NCBI GenBank assembly: GCA_964016885.1
Contig: OZ024748.1
Span: 46,314,001-46,378,000 of the forward strand
Direction: 5' to 3'
DNA length: 64,000 nucleotides
Origin: Eledone cirrhosa
Taxonomy: Eukaryota
The position numbers and the translations under genes are program-made. Shown here one piece after another: positions 46,654 to 60,857 of this stretch. The notes beneath the pieces were generated by a model, which saw only the letters and a program-made list of their open reading frames with translations, ran no database searches and was not told the DNA's origin. Each line of letters starts with the position of its first letter. Position 1 is the stretch's first letter.

Positions 46654-46658
<5 letters not shown>
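46406..46658. mobile_element. Asymmetric hairpin insertion, family 4 (spacerless palindrome)
   Basis: Palindrome centred at 46511/46512 (cgtacatgtacg), with ~106-bp arms, an ~40-nt tail and TA flanks. Confidence 0.75.
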
Positions 46659-46719
<61 letters not shown>

Positions 46720-46725
<6 letters not shown>

Positions 46726-47288
46726 ATACTTTGGGAGGGTCATGTTGCCAATAAGAAACACACGCACCAGTTGCTTTCACTTCAATTTAATTTATTATAT
46801 ATTTATAAATTTACAAATTTATAAATTTTTGGTTGGTTGGTTCCACAACCAGATAGTTGTTTATATATATATAGTCATAGTTCTTTCGTCACACACTCTG
46901 TGACCTCTTCAGTGACTGGGGATTTCTTTCTTCGTTTCTGTGCCTTTCTTTTCTTCTATCCTACGCCATTTTGAAAAATGGCGTAGGATAGAAGAAAAGA
47001 AAGGCACAGAAACGAAGAAAGAAATCCCCAGTCACTGAAGAGGTCACAGAGTGTGTGACGAAAGAACTATGACTATATATATATAAACAACTATCTGGTT
47101 GTGGAACCAACCAACCAACCAGAAATTTATAAATTTGTAAATTTATAAATATATAATAAATTAAATTGAAGTGAAAGCAAATGGTGCGTGTGTTTCTTAT
47201 TGGCAACATGACCCTCCCAAAGTATAACAATATCGGTTTCAACACACGATTTCAGATAAAGAATCTTGCTAAACAAATTCAGAAACGA
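46720..47288. mobile_element. Asymmetric hairpin insertion, family 5
   Basis: Arms of ~255 bp turning at 46973, tail at 47232-47288, TA flanks. Confidence 0.8.
47030..47074 (+). ncRNA. Minimal type-I hammerhead ribozyme (mirror copy at 46873-46917, minus strand)
   Basis: agtca-CTGAAGA-g-gtcaca(gagtg)tgtgac-GAAA-gaac-TA-tgact. Confidence 0.8.
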
Positions 47289-47313
47289 TATATATATATA
47301 TATGTATATATAT

Positions 47314-47779
47314 ATTCAATGATATTAAATAAATAGAAACTATATTTATTAAACCATATTTATTTTATTATATATTTCAAGGGCAACCAAGACAACAGTG
47401 GTACGCTTTCATCAGATAAAATACAAAGATTGTTTTATAAATAGAGACATACCCATGAAAATTATACCTTATCGGTTGGAAATTCACTGGATAGTATTCA
47501 CTGGATACTATCCAGTGAATTTCCAACCGATAAGGTATGATTTTCATGGGTATGTCTCTATTTATAAAACAATCTTTGTATTTTATCTGATGAAAGCGTA
47601 CCACTGTTGTCTTGGTTGCCCTAGAAATATATATAATAAAATAAATATGGTTTTATAAATATAGTTTCCATTTATTTAATATCATTGAATATTTACTCCA
47701 GTTATGTTGAGTGCTCTAAATCAGTTATAAACATTTATATTTGTCGGACTTCCAATAAATTAAATACCACTTCTACTTA
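47314..47779. mobile_element. Asymmetric hairpin insertion, family 6, with hammerhead at ~47581-47640 (+)
   Basis: Arms at 47314-47497 and 47505-47690, tail to 47779. It contains ttttat-CTGATGA-aagcgtacca...tggttgcccta-GAAA-tata-TA. Relatives lie at 48128-48330 and 52097-52556. Confidence 0.75.
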
Positions 47780-48005
47780 TATATATACATACATAAAAAT
47801 AAGTATGTATACGTACATACATATATGTATACAGACGTACAGTAGTATATATATATATACATACATGCACACATACATATATGTACGTATGGATTTATTG
47901 TACGTCTGTATACTTATATGTATGTACGTATACATACTTATATTTAAGTAACAGCCGTACTAAGAGTGAGAAATGAAATTTCGTTTCATTTTTTCCATTT
48001 ATACA

Positions 48006-48050
<45 letters not shown>

Positions 48051-48339
48051 TATGTGTAAGTATATATATGTATATATATATATATATATCTGTGTGTGTA
48101 TATGTATATATGTATATATATATATACAATATTTATAAAACCATATTTATTTCATTATACATATTTCAAGGGCCACCAAAATATATATAATGAAATAAAT
48201 ATGGTTTTATAAATATAGTTTCCATTTGTTAATATATTGTATATTTAATCCAATTAATTTGTTTAGTGCTTTATATCAGTTATAAAAATATTTTGCTTGT
48301 TGTATCCCAACAAATTAAATATAACTTCTACATATATAT

Positions 48340-48620
48340 ATCATTTCATCATCATTTCATTTTACGTCCCCTTTTCCCTGCTTGCAAGGGTGGGACGGGA
48401 ACTGATTCTGGCTTGATTTCTACAGCTGGATGCCCTTCCTAACACCAACCTCATTTACAGTGAGTGCTGGGTGCTTTTTTTCCGTGGCGCCTACACGTCC
48501 ACTTTACAGTGTGGGCTGGGTGCATTTTTGCATGGCACCTCCACGACCACTTTGCAGTGGAATGATAGGGACCCCAGTCCCTATCATCTCATTTCTACAG
48601 CTGAGTAAACTGGAGCAATG
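48340..48620 (-). mobile_element. Truncated copy of the composite SINE at 26762-27168
   Basis: Shares ttctacagctggatgcccttcctaacaccaacc...gaccccagtccctatcatctcatttc...gctgagtaaactggagcaatg. Confidence 0.75.
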
Positions 48621-48809
48621 GTAGATTATGTATGCATGCATGTGTAGATATGGATGTTATTGTATGTGTATGTATGTATGTATGTATGTAACAGGTAAAC
48701 AGAAATAACAACACAATTGGTACAGCATATGGAAGGAATATATTAGTTAACTATTGAAATAGCAGGAAGAGGGTCTTAACGTTTCGGATGCTAGTCCTTC
48801 ACATACAAA

Positions 48810-48875
<66 letters not shown>

Positions 48876-49239
48876 TATATACATACAAATATACATACAT
48901 ACATTCATGCATAGGATAAAGATAAAGATCCCATAATTCCTTGAGGGGTTGTAAAGACACCGTCATACGGCGTGTCTAGGGCACTTTTAAACCTGGTGGA
49001 CCCCTACGTTCTCTAGATCCTAACACATTGTAACGTCTTGTAACTCCCAAAGTACTTCATATCAGTAGTATATTCCAGCTAAAAGTTGATAATGAGGGCT
49101 GACAGCTGCAATCACATCTGGGTGGCAACACATGACCAGCGATATATCCCCATTATTGCATAACTACACATATGAATGTATAAGCATCTGATGAAGTCAC
49201 ATGCATAACCACGCAACAAAACAATTATGGTGAAATAAC

Positions 49240-50055
49240 GAAGGGATTTAAAATCAGAACGCAAAGGGCCGTAATTGAATGCCTGATTGTATTAGTAATG
49301 ATAATTTGTAATATAGACACTTGGCCAATAATTTTGAAGAGAGGAGTCTTTAACATCGACGCCATTATTTAATATATACAGGCGGTGGATTGGCAGTATC
49401 GGTAGAGGGTCGGACGTCATGCTTTGACGCTTAGAGTTATGGCCCTTGCCATTCTGAGTTCACCGAGGTTAACTTTGCCTTTCATCCTTACCGGATCGAT
49501 AAAATAAAGTACCAGTAATGCACTGAATAATTGGTAGCCTTGTGCCAAAAGTAGAAATAATTATTTGATATATACTATATTTTGGTCGACACTTGAGGAA
49601 TGAGAGAAAGTTAATCTGACCGGGGTTCGAACTCGGAACGCAAAGGGCCGTTACTGATACGTAAAGATATTAATAATACAAATTTTTAATTTTGGTACAT
49701 GCCAAGCAATTTGGTGAGGGGACAATCGACTAACTAGATCCATGTATTACTGGTAAGTACTTTCTTTTCTGGACTCCCTGAAAACTGAAGGGTAGAGTTA
49801 ACTAGGTGTAATTTGAACTCAGAACGTAAAGTCCTGGATGTAAATACCGCAAGGTATTTTGGCTGACGTTCTAAAGATTCTAGCAATACTAACAAGAAGA
49901 AAATAGGAGCTGGTAAGGACATCTTTTCTGGACTACCAGAAGAATGAAATGGAAAGTTAAGCTCGGTGGAATTTGAACTCACAACAAAGGTAAAGGGCTG
50001 GACATAAAAACTACAACGTATTTTGGCTGACGTTCTAAAAATACTACCAATCCCA
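49240..50055. mobile_element. Cluster of Meta-like SINE copies in both orientations
   Basis: A plus copy at 49381-49560 (ggcggtggattggcagtatcggtag...actttgcctttcatcc). Minus partial copies near 49240, 49570-49670, 49690-49885 and 49910-50055 (tttgaactca). Confidence 0.7.
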
Positions 50056-50336
50056 TCAGGACAACTTTTTAAAATTGAGGTTAAAGCATGTTGTTTGTCA
50101 GTGTACGAGAACATTTACCTTTGGGTGTGTATATAGAACTGAATTAACTAACGACTGACATATCAAAGTGTCAGCTCCATGTCAATTGCTACGTATGTAT
50201 ACACAATGCCTATATAGGACCAATTTCTCATCGAGGCAATGTGATACATTCGTATATACATATATATATATATACATACACACACACATTTATATATGCA
50301 TATGTTCATCCACACAGCGATGCACACACATATATT

Positions 50337-50372
<36 letters not shown>

Positions 50373-50825
50373 CACACAGACACACACACACATATATGTG
50401 AGAGTGTGTGTACGTTTGTGTGTGCGTGTATGTATGTATGTATGTATGTATGTATGTATGTATGTATGTATGTATGTATGCATTTTGTGCAGTGCCTTTG
50501 CTCACTATAAAAGCTTCACGGCACAGGCATTGCTTTATATCTGGACATCTCTCTGCACTTATCATCACATGGTACCATGGGCCCAGCACTATGTGTCAAT
50601 AATGGTCACAAGTGGGGTGTTTGTGCCAGAGTTTTCAAGTCGCTGGCTGGACTAAAAAGTCACACTCGTTCAGCGCATCTGTAGAGGTTCTCCTACATGG
50701 ATATAAAGAAGTGGCCGTACTCGAAAACGAGTTGGCAGCCACCATGTATGTATGTATGTATGTATGTATGTACATTTGTATGTATGAATCTCTCCGGTAA
50801 TGTACATAATAATATATTAATAAAT

Positions 50826-51008
50826 GTTTCTACATTTGGCACAAGGCCAGCAATGACCCCAGTGCATTACTGGTACTTTATTTTATCGACCCCGTAAGGA
50901 TGAAAGGTAAAGTTAACCTCGGAGGGATTGAACTCAGAACGTAAAGGGCCGTAACTCCTATGCTGCAAAGCATGGTGTCCGACGCTCTACCGATACTGCC
51001 AAACCACC
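50826..51008 (-). mobile_element. tRNA-derived SINE (Meta-domain-like)
   Basis: Closely matches 38905-39110. Confidence 0.8.
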
Positions 51009-51030
51009 GATAATAATAATATATAATAAT

Positions 51031-51654
<624 letters not shown>

Positions 51655-51656
<2 letters not shown>

Positions 51657-51854
51657 CGAAGGAAATGTGGTAAGGAACCAGCTGGACCATAACGCACCAA
51701 AGTACTCAATACTTAGGGTAGTAGAGTGGGTAATAGGAACGAGTGGGACCCCGACGGCTAAGCTCAAGCCGTTTCGACGGCTAAATCTGGACTCATTCCA
51801 GAATTAGCCGTCGAAACGGCTTGAGCTCAGCCGTCGGGGTCCCACTCATTCCTA
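51655..51854. mobile_element. Asymmetric hairpin insertion, family 1
   Basis: Same structure and turn point as 32854-33050. Confidence 0.75.
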
Positions 51855-52039
51855 TATATATATATATATATATTGCGGTCGGCCGCGAAGAGGCTGGTGT
51901 CGTTTACTTATCAAATTTTCTTCATAGGAGCCTTTTAATCTTATAGCCTGGTCTAATTGATTTTTATGTGGTTAATTATGCTAATTGGGTGAGGAAATGG
52001 TGTATATATTTTATCAAATGATTCTATGGACATACTTTA

Positions 52040-52096
<57 letters not shown>

Positions 52097-52100
<4 letters not shown>

Positions 52101-52556
52101 TAGATGGGATATTCAATTTGTTGGAAATCCAATAAATATAAATGTTTATAACTGATTCAGAGAACTCGACAAATTTCTGGAGTAAATATTCAATGATATT
52201 AAATAAATGGAAACTATAGTTATAAAACCATATTTATTCTAGTATATATATTTTTCAAGGGCACCAAAAAAACTTTGGTACGTTTTCATCAGATATAATA
52301 CAAAGAGTGTTTTATAAATTTTGACATAGCCAAGGAAAATCATACCTTATCAGTTGAATATTCCTTGGGTAGGAATATTCAAGGAATATTCAACTGATAA
52401 GGTATGATTTTCCTTGGCTATGGCAACATTTATAAAACACTCTTTGTATTTTATCTGATGAAAGCGTATCAAAGTTTTTTTGGTACCCTTGAAAAATATA
52501 TATAATAGAATAAATATGGTTTTATAAATATTGTTTCCATTTATTTAATATCATTG
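52097..52556. mobile_element. Asymmetric hairpin insertion, family 6
   Basis: Tail on the left, turn at 52368-52379, CTGATGA at 52455. Confidence 0.75.
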
Positions 52557-52559
52557 TAT

Positions 52560-52594
<35 letters not shown>

Positions 52595-52621
52595 GATAGA
52601 TAGATATATAAATATATATAT

Positions 52622-52669
<48 letters not shown>

Positions 52670-52680
<11 letters not shown>

Positions 52681-53555
52681 TGAGGTTGTCTGTCTACTAA
52701 AAGGTTCGGCACACATCTCCTCCTAAACCGTACGTTCAAATTTCGGTGAAATTGCTACATTTATAGATGAAGGTCTGGCGGAGACATCGGTCAAAAACAT
52801 TTTCAAATCGACCCACGCCAAGTGCAAAAATCGAATTTGTAATGTATTGATTTTTCAGTTCAAATGTATATATAGAGATGAGAGACGAGTTATTTCCCTT
52901 TTATGGCGACATTTGCTTATCTATTTATGTTACGTATAAACGACGCGTGCAAAAGTACAAACATATACAAACAACTTTCGGGCCAGCCAAATTTTAACCT
53001 GCAAAATTTCAACATTAAGCTTCCATTTTGCTTCATTTCCATTTAAAAGTATTTTAAGACAATATTTTTACTTGAAAACAAGCCTATTTGAATACACCGT
53101 AAAACAAGCAAATATTTTGTAAAAAAAGCATTCATCTCGAATAAATCCTTATGAGATGTTCATTTAGAAGCAATGATTTTAAACGAGAGATAGATAACGC
53201 ATGTTTTTGTTTTTTTTCATGTCCATCCAATTTCTTTGTTTCAAAATAACTGATAGTTTGGTTACGCTGATGTTTTTCTCAGAGACAAGTGTTGCAGTGT
53301 TTACATTTTCGATTTGTTAATAGATTACCAGTGCAGCTTTTATCCCCAGCATCCTCTTTTGTTTTAAAATTCGGGTTATGGTTATGTTTTCTTAACTTCA
53401 TAAGGCATACTGCTGGTTGAGGAATATTAATCAAAAGTACCACATGAAAGTCTACACTGTAGACTCTACAGTTTTTAAGCCAAGAAAGGAACTTAACATT
53501 GTAACTTTAACACAGCTACTGAGCAGCCCCGAGCAACGCCGGGCTTTACTGCTAG
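52670..53555 (+). mobile_element. Non-autonomous Helitron-like element
   Basis: Starts tatatataaaactgag and ends with the GC hairpin ccccgagcaacgccgggc followed by CTAG|t. The same 3' end recurs at 63942-63970. Confidence 0.65.
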
Positions 53556-54114
53556 TATTTATTAAAATAACAGATTAAAGTTTAAGCAACGAATCGCTGC
53601 TTTCACCCTTAACGGGATCTTTTGAAACTAAAAAAAATCAATCTGTGAACGCAGAAGTAAATATTTCGAAAAAACGTTGCAACCTAAGGAAGACAGGAAG
53701 ACGATACTTTGGTTTGTGGAAACGTTCCCTGGCAAAGAACGGAAAAAAAACGAAGATAATACGTCATTATTTGTAGCATTGAAAACAATTACACGCAAAG
53801 ATAAAACCAGGTTAATGGTATAAATGAAGTCATACTCTAAAATTCCATTTAGGAAACCGAATGAATCTCGGCTTCAGAGTTAAGAATAATGTAAATAAAT
53901 TACAGAGGTAATTGAAATCAAGAAAAATTAAATATATACATGCATGCATCCATATACGTCCATATACATGCATACGCGAAAACAGCCGCCATGGGTATGC
54001 AAATAGAAGCACGTACACAAAAATACACGCACGCACATACAGAACCCACGCAACGCCTGTATATACATAATGACGTATTATCTTCGTTTTTTCCGTTCAT
54101 ATATATATACATAC

Positions 54115-54287
<173 letters not shown>

Positions 54288-54308
54288 CATATATATACAC
54301 ACACACAC

Positions 54309-54396
<88 letters not shown>

Positions 54397-54672
54397 TAAC
54401 TCATGTCTATAGAATTAATCAGATATTAAAATATATACTATTTCTTCTTCTAATCAGTATAATTAACCATATACATAATCAAATCTAGCAAGCTTTAAGA
54501 ATAAATTTTCTAACGGGGAAATCTCCGACAAATAACTGACCGCAGCTAGTTCGCGTTAACTCCGTTCACCATTTATCAAACATTTCGGCAGCATGCAGAA
54601 TCCGATCAAATACACCGTCAACCGCACGTAATTAGTAGTAAAATTAAACTTAGAAGAAATGCGCACATACCG

Positions 54673-54760
<88 letters not shown>

Positions 54761-54879
54761 GCATATATATATATACATTTATATATATATATATATATAT
54801 ACATGTGTAAACACTTCTCTCTGTGTAATATATTTGTATTTGAGGTCAGATGAAAATTGTCTGTTCTTCTTCGAGCTAG

Positions 54880-55050
54880 TATTAGAGGGTCGGACGCCAT
54901 GCTTTCCAACATAGTTACGTCCCTTTACGATCTGAGTTCAAATCCCGCCGAGGTTGACTTTGCCTTTCATCCTTACGGGGTCGATAAAATAAAAGTACCA
55001 GTAATGCACTGGGTATTTGCTGGCCTTGTACCTAAAGTAGAAACAATTAT
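54880..55050 (+). mobile_element. tRNA-derived SINE (Meta-domain-like)
   Basis: ctgagttcaaatcccgccgaggttgactttgcctttcatccttacggggtcgataaaataaaagtaccag. Confidence 0.8.
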
Positions 55051-55110
55051 TACTGTGAACTGCGGAATACTTTAATTCCGATCTTTGTATATATATTCAT
55101 ATATATATAT

Positions 55111-55248
<138 letters not shown>

Positions 55249-55656
55249 ATAATAATAAATTTGAAGACTAAAATAAATATATATATATATAATTATATCA
55301 TATATTGAGTTAGAAACTCAAAATAGTCTATCAAAGGCTTTTGCCCGATATAGGTTTGTTATTTTTATTGATTTATTACTTTAAATCGAGTCAGGCAAAC
55401 AAAAATTGTTTTAAATTAGCATTTTCTACAACTCGGTCCTTTGCAATTGGAACACATGTATACTTATATCTGTGTTAATCTCTCTCATATATTCAATTAA
55501 ATTATATACATACAAATATACACACAAATATACACACATATAGTAATAAAAGGAATTCCAACTTTGTCTGATTTACTCGTTTTATTTACAATCCTTTAAA
55601 ATTATAATGATATTATAATGAAATAGTAGGTAGAATATTAAATGTTAAATGGTAAT

Positions 55657-55695
55657 TGAACAAGTACTTTCATGCTTTCGCAATCTTCAGGTTCA
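55657..55695 (-). ncRNA. Minimal type-I hammerhead ribozyme
   Basis: The minus strand reads tgaac-CTGAAGA-t-tgc(gaaa)gca-t-GAAA-gtac-TT-gttca, with a palindromic stem III. It lies ~500 bp downstream of the Penelope ORF, on the same strand. Confidence 0.75.
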
Positions 55696-56007
55696 TATTC
55701 AGTGGTGACAGTCAGGTTGGCAATTTTCACCTGTAATGAGATGGCTAAAAACTGTGCCTTATAATACAGTTAAAAGGGGCTACAGAATGCTAAGTTTTGC
55801 AAACTGTATTTCGACAAAGCGGTGTGTGGTTTCACTAGATTACTAAAGCTGATTGGTTTAGGCGTCACAGTTGGTTGGGCATGTCTAACGACTTCTATTT
55901 GACCCTATCCAAAGCATCAATTGTTTTGCTATTTTTAGAAATGATGAAAATAGCATTTTCTAGGGTTTTTATAAAAAATCTTCAGTAGTCATCAAAATCA
56001 ACATCAC

Positions 56008-56135
56008 TAGGTTAACTTTGCCTTTCATCCTTACGGGGTCGATAAAATAAAGTACTAGTAATATACTGGGTTAATTACTGGCCTTGTGACAAAAGTAGAA
56101 ACAATTATTATTATTATTGTTGTTGTTGTTGTTAG
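56008..56135 (+). mobile_element. 5'-truncated Meta-like SINE with (tta/gtt)n tail
   Basis: ggttaactttgcctttcatccttacggggtcgataaaataaagtac. Confidence 0.75.
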
Positions 56136-56194
56136 TGGTGGTAGCCGACATGGTCGTAGGCGTAGTCATAGTAGAAGTAATACCCTAAGCATTA

Positions 56195-57885
56195 TTATTG
56201 TTCATTTAGCTTGGGTTGGAATTTATCAATAAAATTCTTTTCTTTAATTTTTCTCTTGATTTCACTTGGGCTGTGTAGTTTGTAGAATGGAAATATTATC
56301 AATATTTTCTTACCACATTTTGGTAGATGGTTACTCAGGGGTATCTGACGGACATTTGGGTCTCTGATTTGCTGTCGGTGCACCCGTGCACGTTCCGATA
56401 GTGCATTTCCAGTTTGACCGACATATAGTTCTTCACAATTCGGGCATTTAATGCAGTAAATTAGATTTCTGCTTTTGCAGTTCATATTTGCATTTGGGAA
56501 TATTTTTCCAGTTTTTGTGTTCATATATTGACCGGCGTGTATGGATTGACATGTGCCGCATCGACTATCATTGCATTTAGATACAGTGAATGATTGGTCT
56601 TTGCTGCTAAGGTCAAACTTTGCCTTTGTTAGTAATTGCTTCAAATTTTTCGGCTGTCTTTTACTAAGAATCAAAATCGGTCGGAGATTAAACCTTTTAA
56701 ATCATTACTTTGAGCAATGATCGTTAGGTTTGCTTTGGCAGTGTTGAAGATATTCTGGTGACAGGGGTTGTATGTCATTATAAATGGTATGACCAGTTCT
56801 TGGTTTCTTCTTCCTTGGGTTGTCCTAAGTTGTTGTATAGGTATTCTTATAGCCCGCTGTATGCCATTTTCTATAAGTAGAGATGGGTATTTTTGTTTGA
56901 ACAAAAATTCTCTTAGTTCTGTTAGGCGTTTGTTCCTGGTATTCGTATCTTCTACAATTGTACAAATTCTTCTGACTAGGCAATATGGGATGTTGCGTTT
57001 TTGTATGAGGTGGATGACACGACTTAAAATTCAGATATTGATGGGTGTCTGTGTGTTTAAAGTATATATCCGTGGTAATGGTGGTGTCGTTTTTGATTAT
57101 CATTATATCTAGGAATGGTAATTTGGTACTACTCATCTCTTTTGTAAATTGGAGAGATGGGTGTAGGTTATTCAGGAGGATATTGAACTCATCCACAGTA
57201 TCTAGAGATTCTGTCCAGATGATGAAACAGTCGTCAAGGTATCTCTTCCAAGACTTTTCAATGTACTTTCTAAATTCAGTGCTATATTTTCCTCTATTTC
57301 TTGGTAGAGTTGTTGTTCTAAGTATCCCATTACAGAGTTCGCGTAAACGAGAGCAAGCTTCGTTCCCATCGCTGTGCCTCTAATTTGGATGTAATTATTT
57401 CCATTGAAGAAGAATGTGTTGTTTTCCAGAATAAGTCTCACTGCGTCTAATATAAATGGCACTGTGAATCTGGTGGGAATCACTTCTCTATGTTTTTCCA
57501 CCCAGTATTTAACTGCCTTTATTCCTAAATCATGTGTAATGTTGGTGTAAAGGCTTACCACATCAAAACTAAGAACAAGTGAATTCGTTTCAGTGGTTTT
57601 GGGAAGATGGGACAGGAAGTCGATATCATCCCGGATGAAACTCGGTATGCGAATACATAGTGATTTCAACATAATGTCAACAAAATTGCTTAGACGGTGG
57701 GTAGGGCATGTTGGACCAGCTATAATAGGTCTAAGTTTTAAGTCTTTTGGCTGTAGTAGTTTAATGTACTCACTTTTTTGTTCTTTTTCTGCCAGTTGTA
57801 TTTCTTTTGACTTATGAATTTTCAGTAAGCCATAAAAGTTGCTGGGTTTTGGCACAACATTGGTGATGTAGTCTCTTTCATTATC
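56195..57885 (-). mobile_element. Penelope-like retroelement (RT plus GIY-YIG, Neptune-type Cys linker), 5'-truncated and frameshifted
   Basis: FYGLLKIHK, LRPIIAG, SFDVVSLYTNI, GTAMGT, WKRYLDDCF, LPFLDI, YFKHTDTHQYL..SCHP, CNDSRCGTC and NLIYCIKCPNCEELYVGQT, spread over four broken ORFs. Confidence 0.93.
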
Positions 57886-58002
57886 AGTCGGAGTGCCCGG
57901 CCCACTAAACTCACTCGATATGCAAATTAGGCTGCTCAGCCGTTAATATGCATAAGGAAAGTATATACTGTCAGACGTTCCGCCATCTGGCAGGAAGGTA
58001 TA

Positions 58003-58043
58003 CGATGCTGATGATAGCTAATAAGCTTAAAACTAGTACATCG
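58003..58043 (+). ncRNA. Hammerhead motif with mutated GAAA
   Basis: cgatg-CTGATGA-t-agct(aata)agct-t-aAAA-ctag-TA-catcg. All three stems are intact, but the core G is changed to A. Confidence 0.6.
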
Positions 58044-58294
58044 TTCCTGTGTCAGTGTTGAACAGAAAGGTGACGTGGTTGCCTAAACACTGTACGGCGT
58101 AATTCGGGCTGTTTGTTTGTTTACAAACAAACAAACCGAGCATTATAATAAATGTTCGGTATATATGTGTGCATGTATATATATACATACTACTATACAT
58201 CTGTATACATATATGTATGTACGTAAACATACATACATACATTTAAGTAAGTGCCGAACTAAGAGTGAGAAATGAAATTTCGTTTCATTCTATT

Positions 58295-58383
<89 letters not shown>

Positions 58384-58583
58384 TATATATACATATATAT
58401 ATATACATATATATATATACACATTTATATATATACATATATATATACGTATACATATATATATATACAAATATATATATACACATATATATATAAATGT
58501 ATAGGTAAATATATATATATATAAAATATATATATACATGCATATATATATATATATACACACACATATATACATATATATAT

Positions 58584-58694
<111 letters not shown>

Positions 58695-58723
58695 CATATA
58701 CACACATATATATATATATATAT

Positions 58724-58782
<59 letters not shown>

Positions 58783-58945
58783 CATATATATATATATACA
58801 TATATATAGGTAAGTAATTCCGGGTTGAATCGGAGGTAACCACAGTAAGTAAGGTACTAAATACACAGCAGAGTATAAAAGGTTTAATAGTCCTGTAGAA
58901 TCTCATCAATATTATACATATATATATATACATATATATACACAC

Positions 58946-59014
<69 letters not shown>

Positions 59015-59053
59015 GATATATACATATATATATACATATATATATATATACAT

Positions 59054-59142
<89 letters not shown>

Positions 59143-59233
59143 CATATATATACATACATATATATGCATATATACATATATACATAAATATTTATACATA
59201 CCTATATATATATACATATATACATACATATAT

Positions 59234-59300
<67 letters not shown>

Positions 59301-60580
59301 CTCTATGACTAACAGGAATCTCTCAAAGACAACGAGTCTCGCCAATAATATCTGGCAACTCAAATATGCAAACATGGAATATAAAATCAGCTGGACAAAG
59401 CTATCAAAAGCAAAGGCCTGTCAAATTGGTTACTCCCACTGTGGTCTTGTATTATGGAACTTTTCCAAATTTTAAATTACAACAAAATTCCTCTTAACAG
59501 TAAAATTGAAAAAACTATTTATTGTCGACTTAAATCAGCTACTAAATTTGAGAAATTTAGACCAGCTTAATTCCATCTTATCTATTCCATAACTCAGATT
59601 GTACCACTTGGATCTATTATGATATCACATTATCAACATCATCATCATTATCATTATAATTATTTTATATATCTCTATTTTTAACTGTTTATCTTTATAT
59701 TTCTCTCCCTAAAGTTATTTCATCTCTGTCATTCTATTTTATCATATAATATAACTAAAATCTAATTAATATATTTATTTATTAAAATAGCCAATACACA
59801 CATAAATATATTTAACATTATCATATTTTCACCTTATTATCTCTCCATATATTTCAACAATTCTCCCAAACCATTCTCAATAATGTTAATATGTTTAAAT
59901 ATTCTTCGCACATTTTTGCTCTTGTACTCCTTTTACGTATTTATTTTTATTCTTCATTTTTCACATTTTATACCATTTTATATCACATTAGATATAACTT
60001 ATTCATTTAACAATTTTTATATATTTTTATATATTTTTTCATATATTTTTTATATATCTACTTTTATTTTTATTTACATTTATTCATGTATTAACGTTTA
60101 TTCATTTATTTGTCCCTCTATTCTTCTTTCTATCCTACGTTATTTCTACTTATGTTTGTCTCTCCTCTATCTATCACCATCTTCTATATATCTTCTTCTC
60201 TATAAATTTCTATCTATAATAATTTCTCCTTTTTCTTCTTCATTCTGTTTTTCTTTTTCTTTTTCCTTCTTCTTATTTCTCCTTCCTTTCCTTTCTTTCT
60301 TTACAGTATCTATCTCTCTTTCTTCCACCTTTTTCTATCTATATTTTTCTTATTAATATTTTTATTGATGATGTAATTTGAATTTGTAAATTTGCAGATT
60401 ACATATATATTTTTTTAACAGTTTCCGAAGATCTAATAGAGTTAACATCGTATTTAAATTGAGTGGCACTGCTTTTAATGTTCAGCAATTTTTAGACAAC
60501 TCTATCAATGAAACAATAGTTAGACTGCAAATAAATCCCCTTTTTTGTATTGTTGACCATATTATTCTCCGCTTTTCCAA
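59301..60580 (+). mobile_element. Penelope-like element 3' fragment (GIY-YIG C-terminus plus long AT-rich 3' region)
   Basis: 59301-59570 reads, with frameshifts, TTSLAN..IWQLK..EYKISW..LSKAK..CGL(C)..E..LNSKIE..CR. This is a PLE endonuclease C-terminus, bounded by (TA)n. Confidence 0.65.
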
Positions 60581-60600
60581 ATATATATATATACATATAG

Positions 60601-60655
<55 letters not shown>

Positions 60656-60659
60656 CATT

Positions 60660-60753
<94 letters not shown>

Positions 60754-60805
60754 CATATATATATATATACATATATACATGTATATATATATACATATAT
60801 ACATG

Positions 60806-60845
<40 letters not shown>

Positions 60846-60857
60846 TACATATATATG

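Noticed and set aside
60362-60440. Hammerhead in the 3' region of the second Penelope fragment
   Set aside because: Both core boxes are degenerate (ttgatga, gaaga) and the stems are unconvincing. It is plausible as a relic but not supportable.
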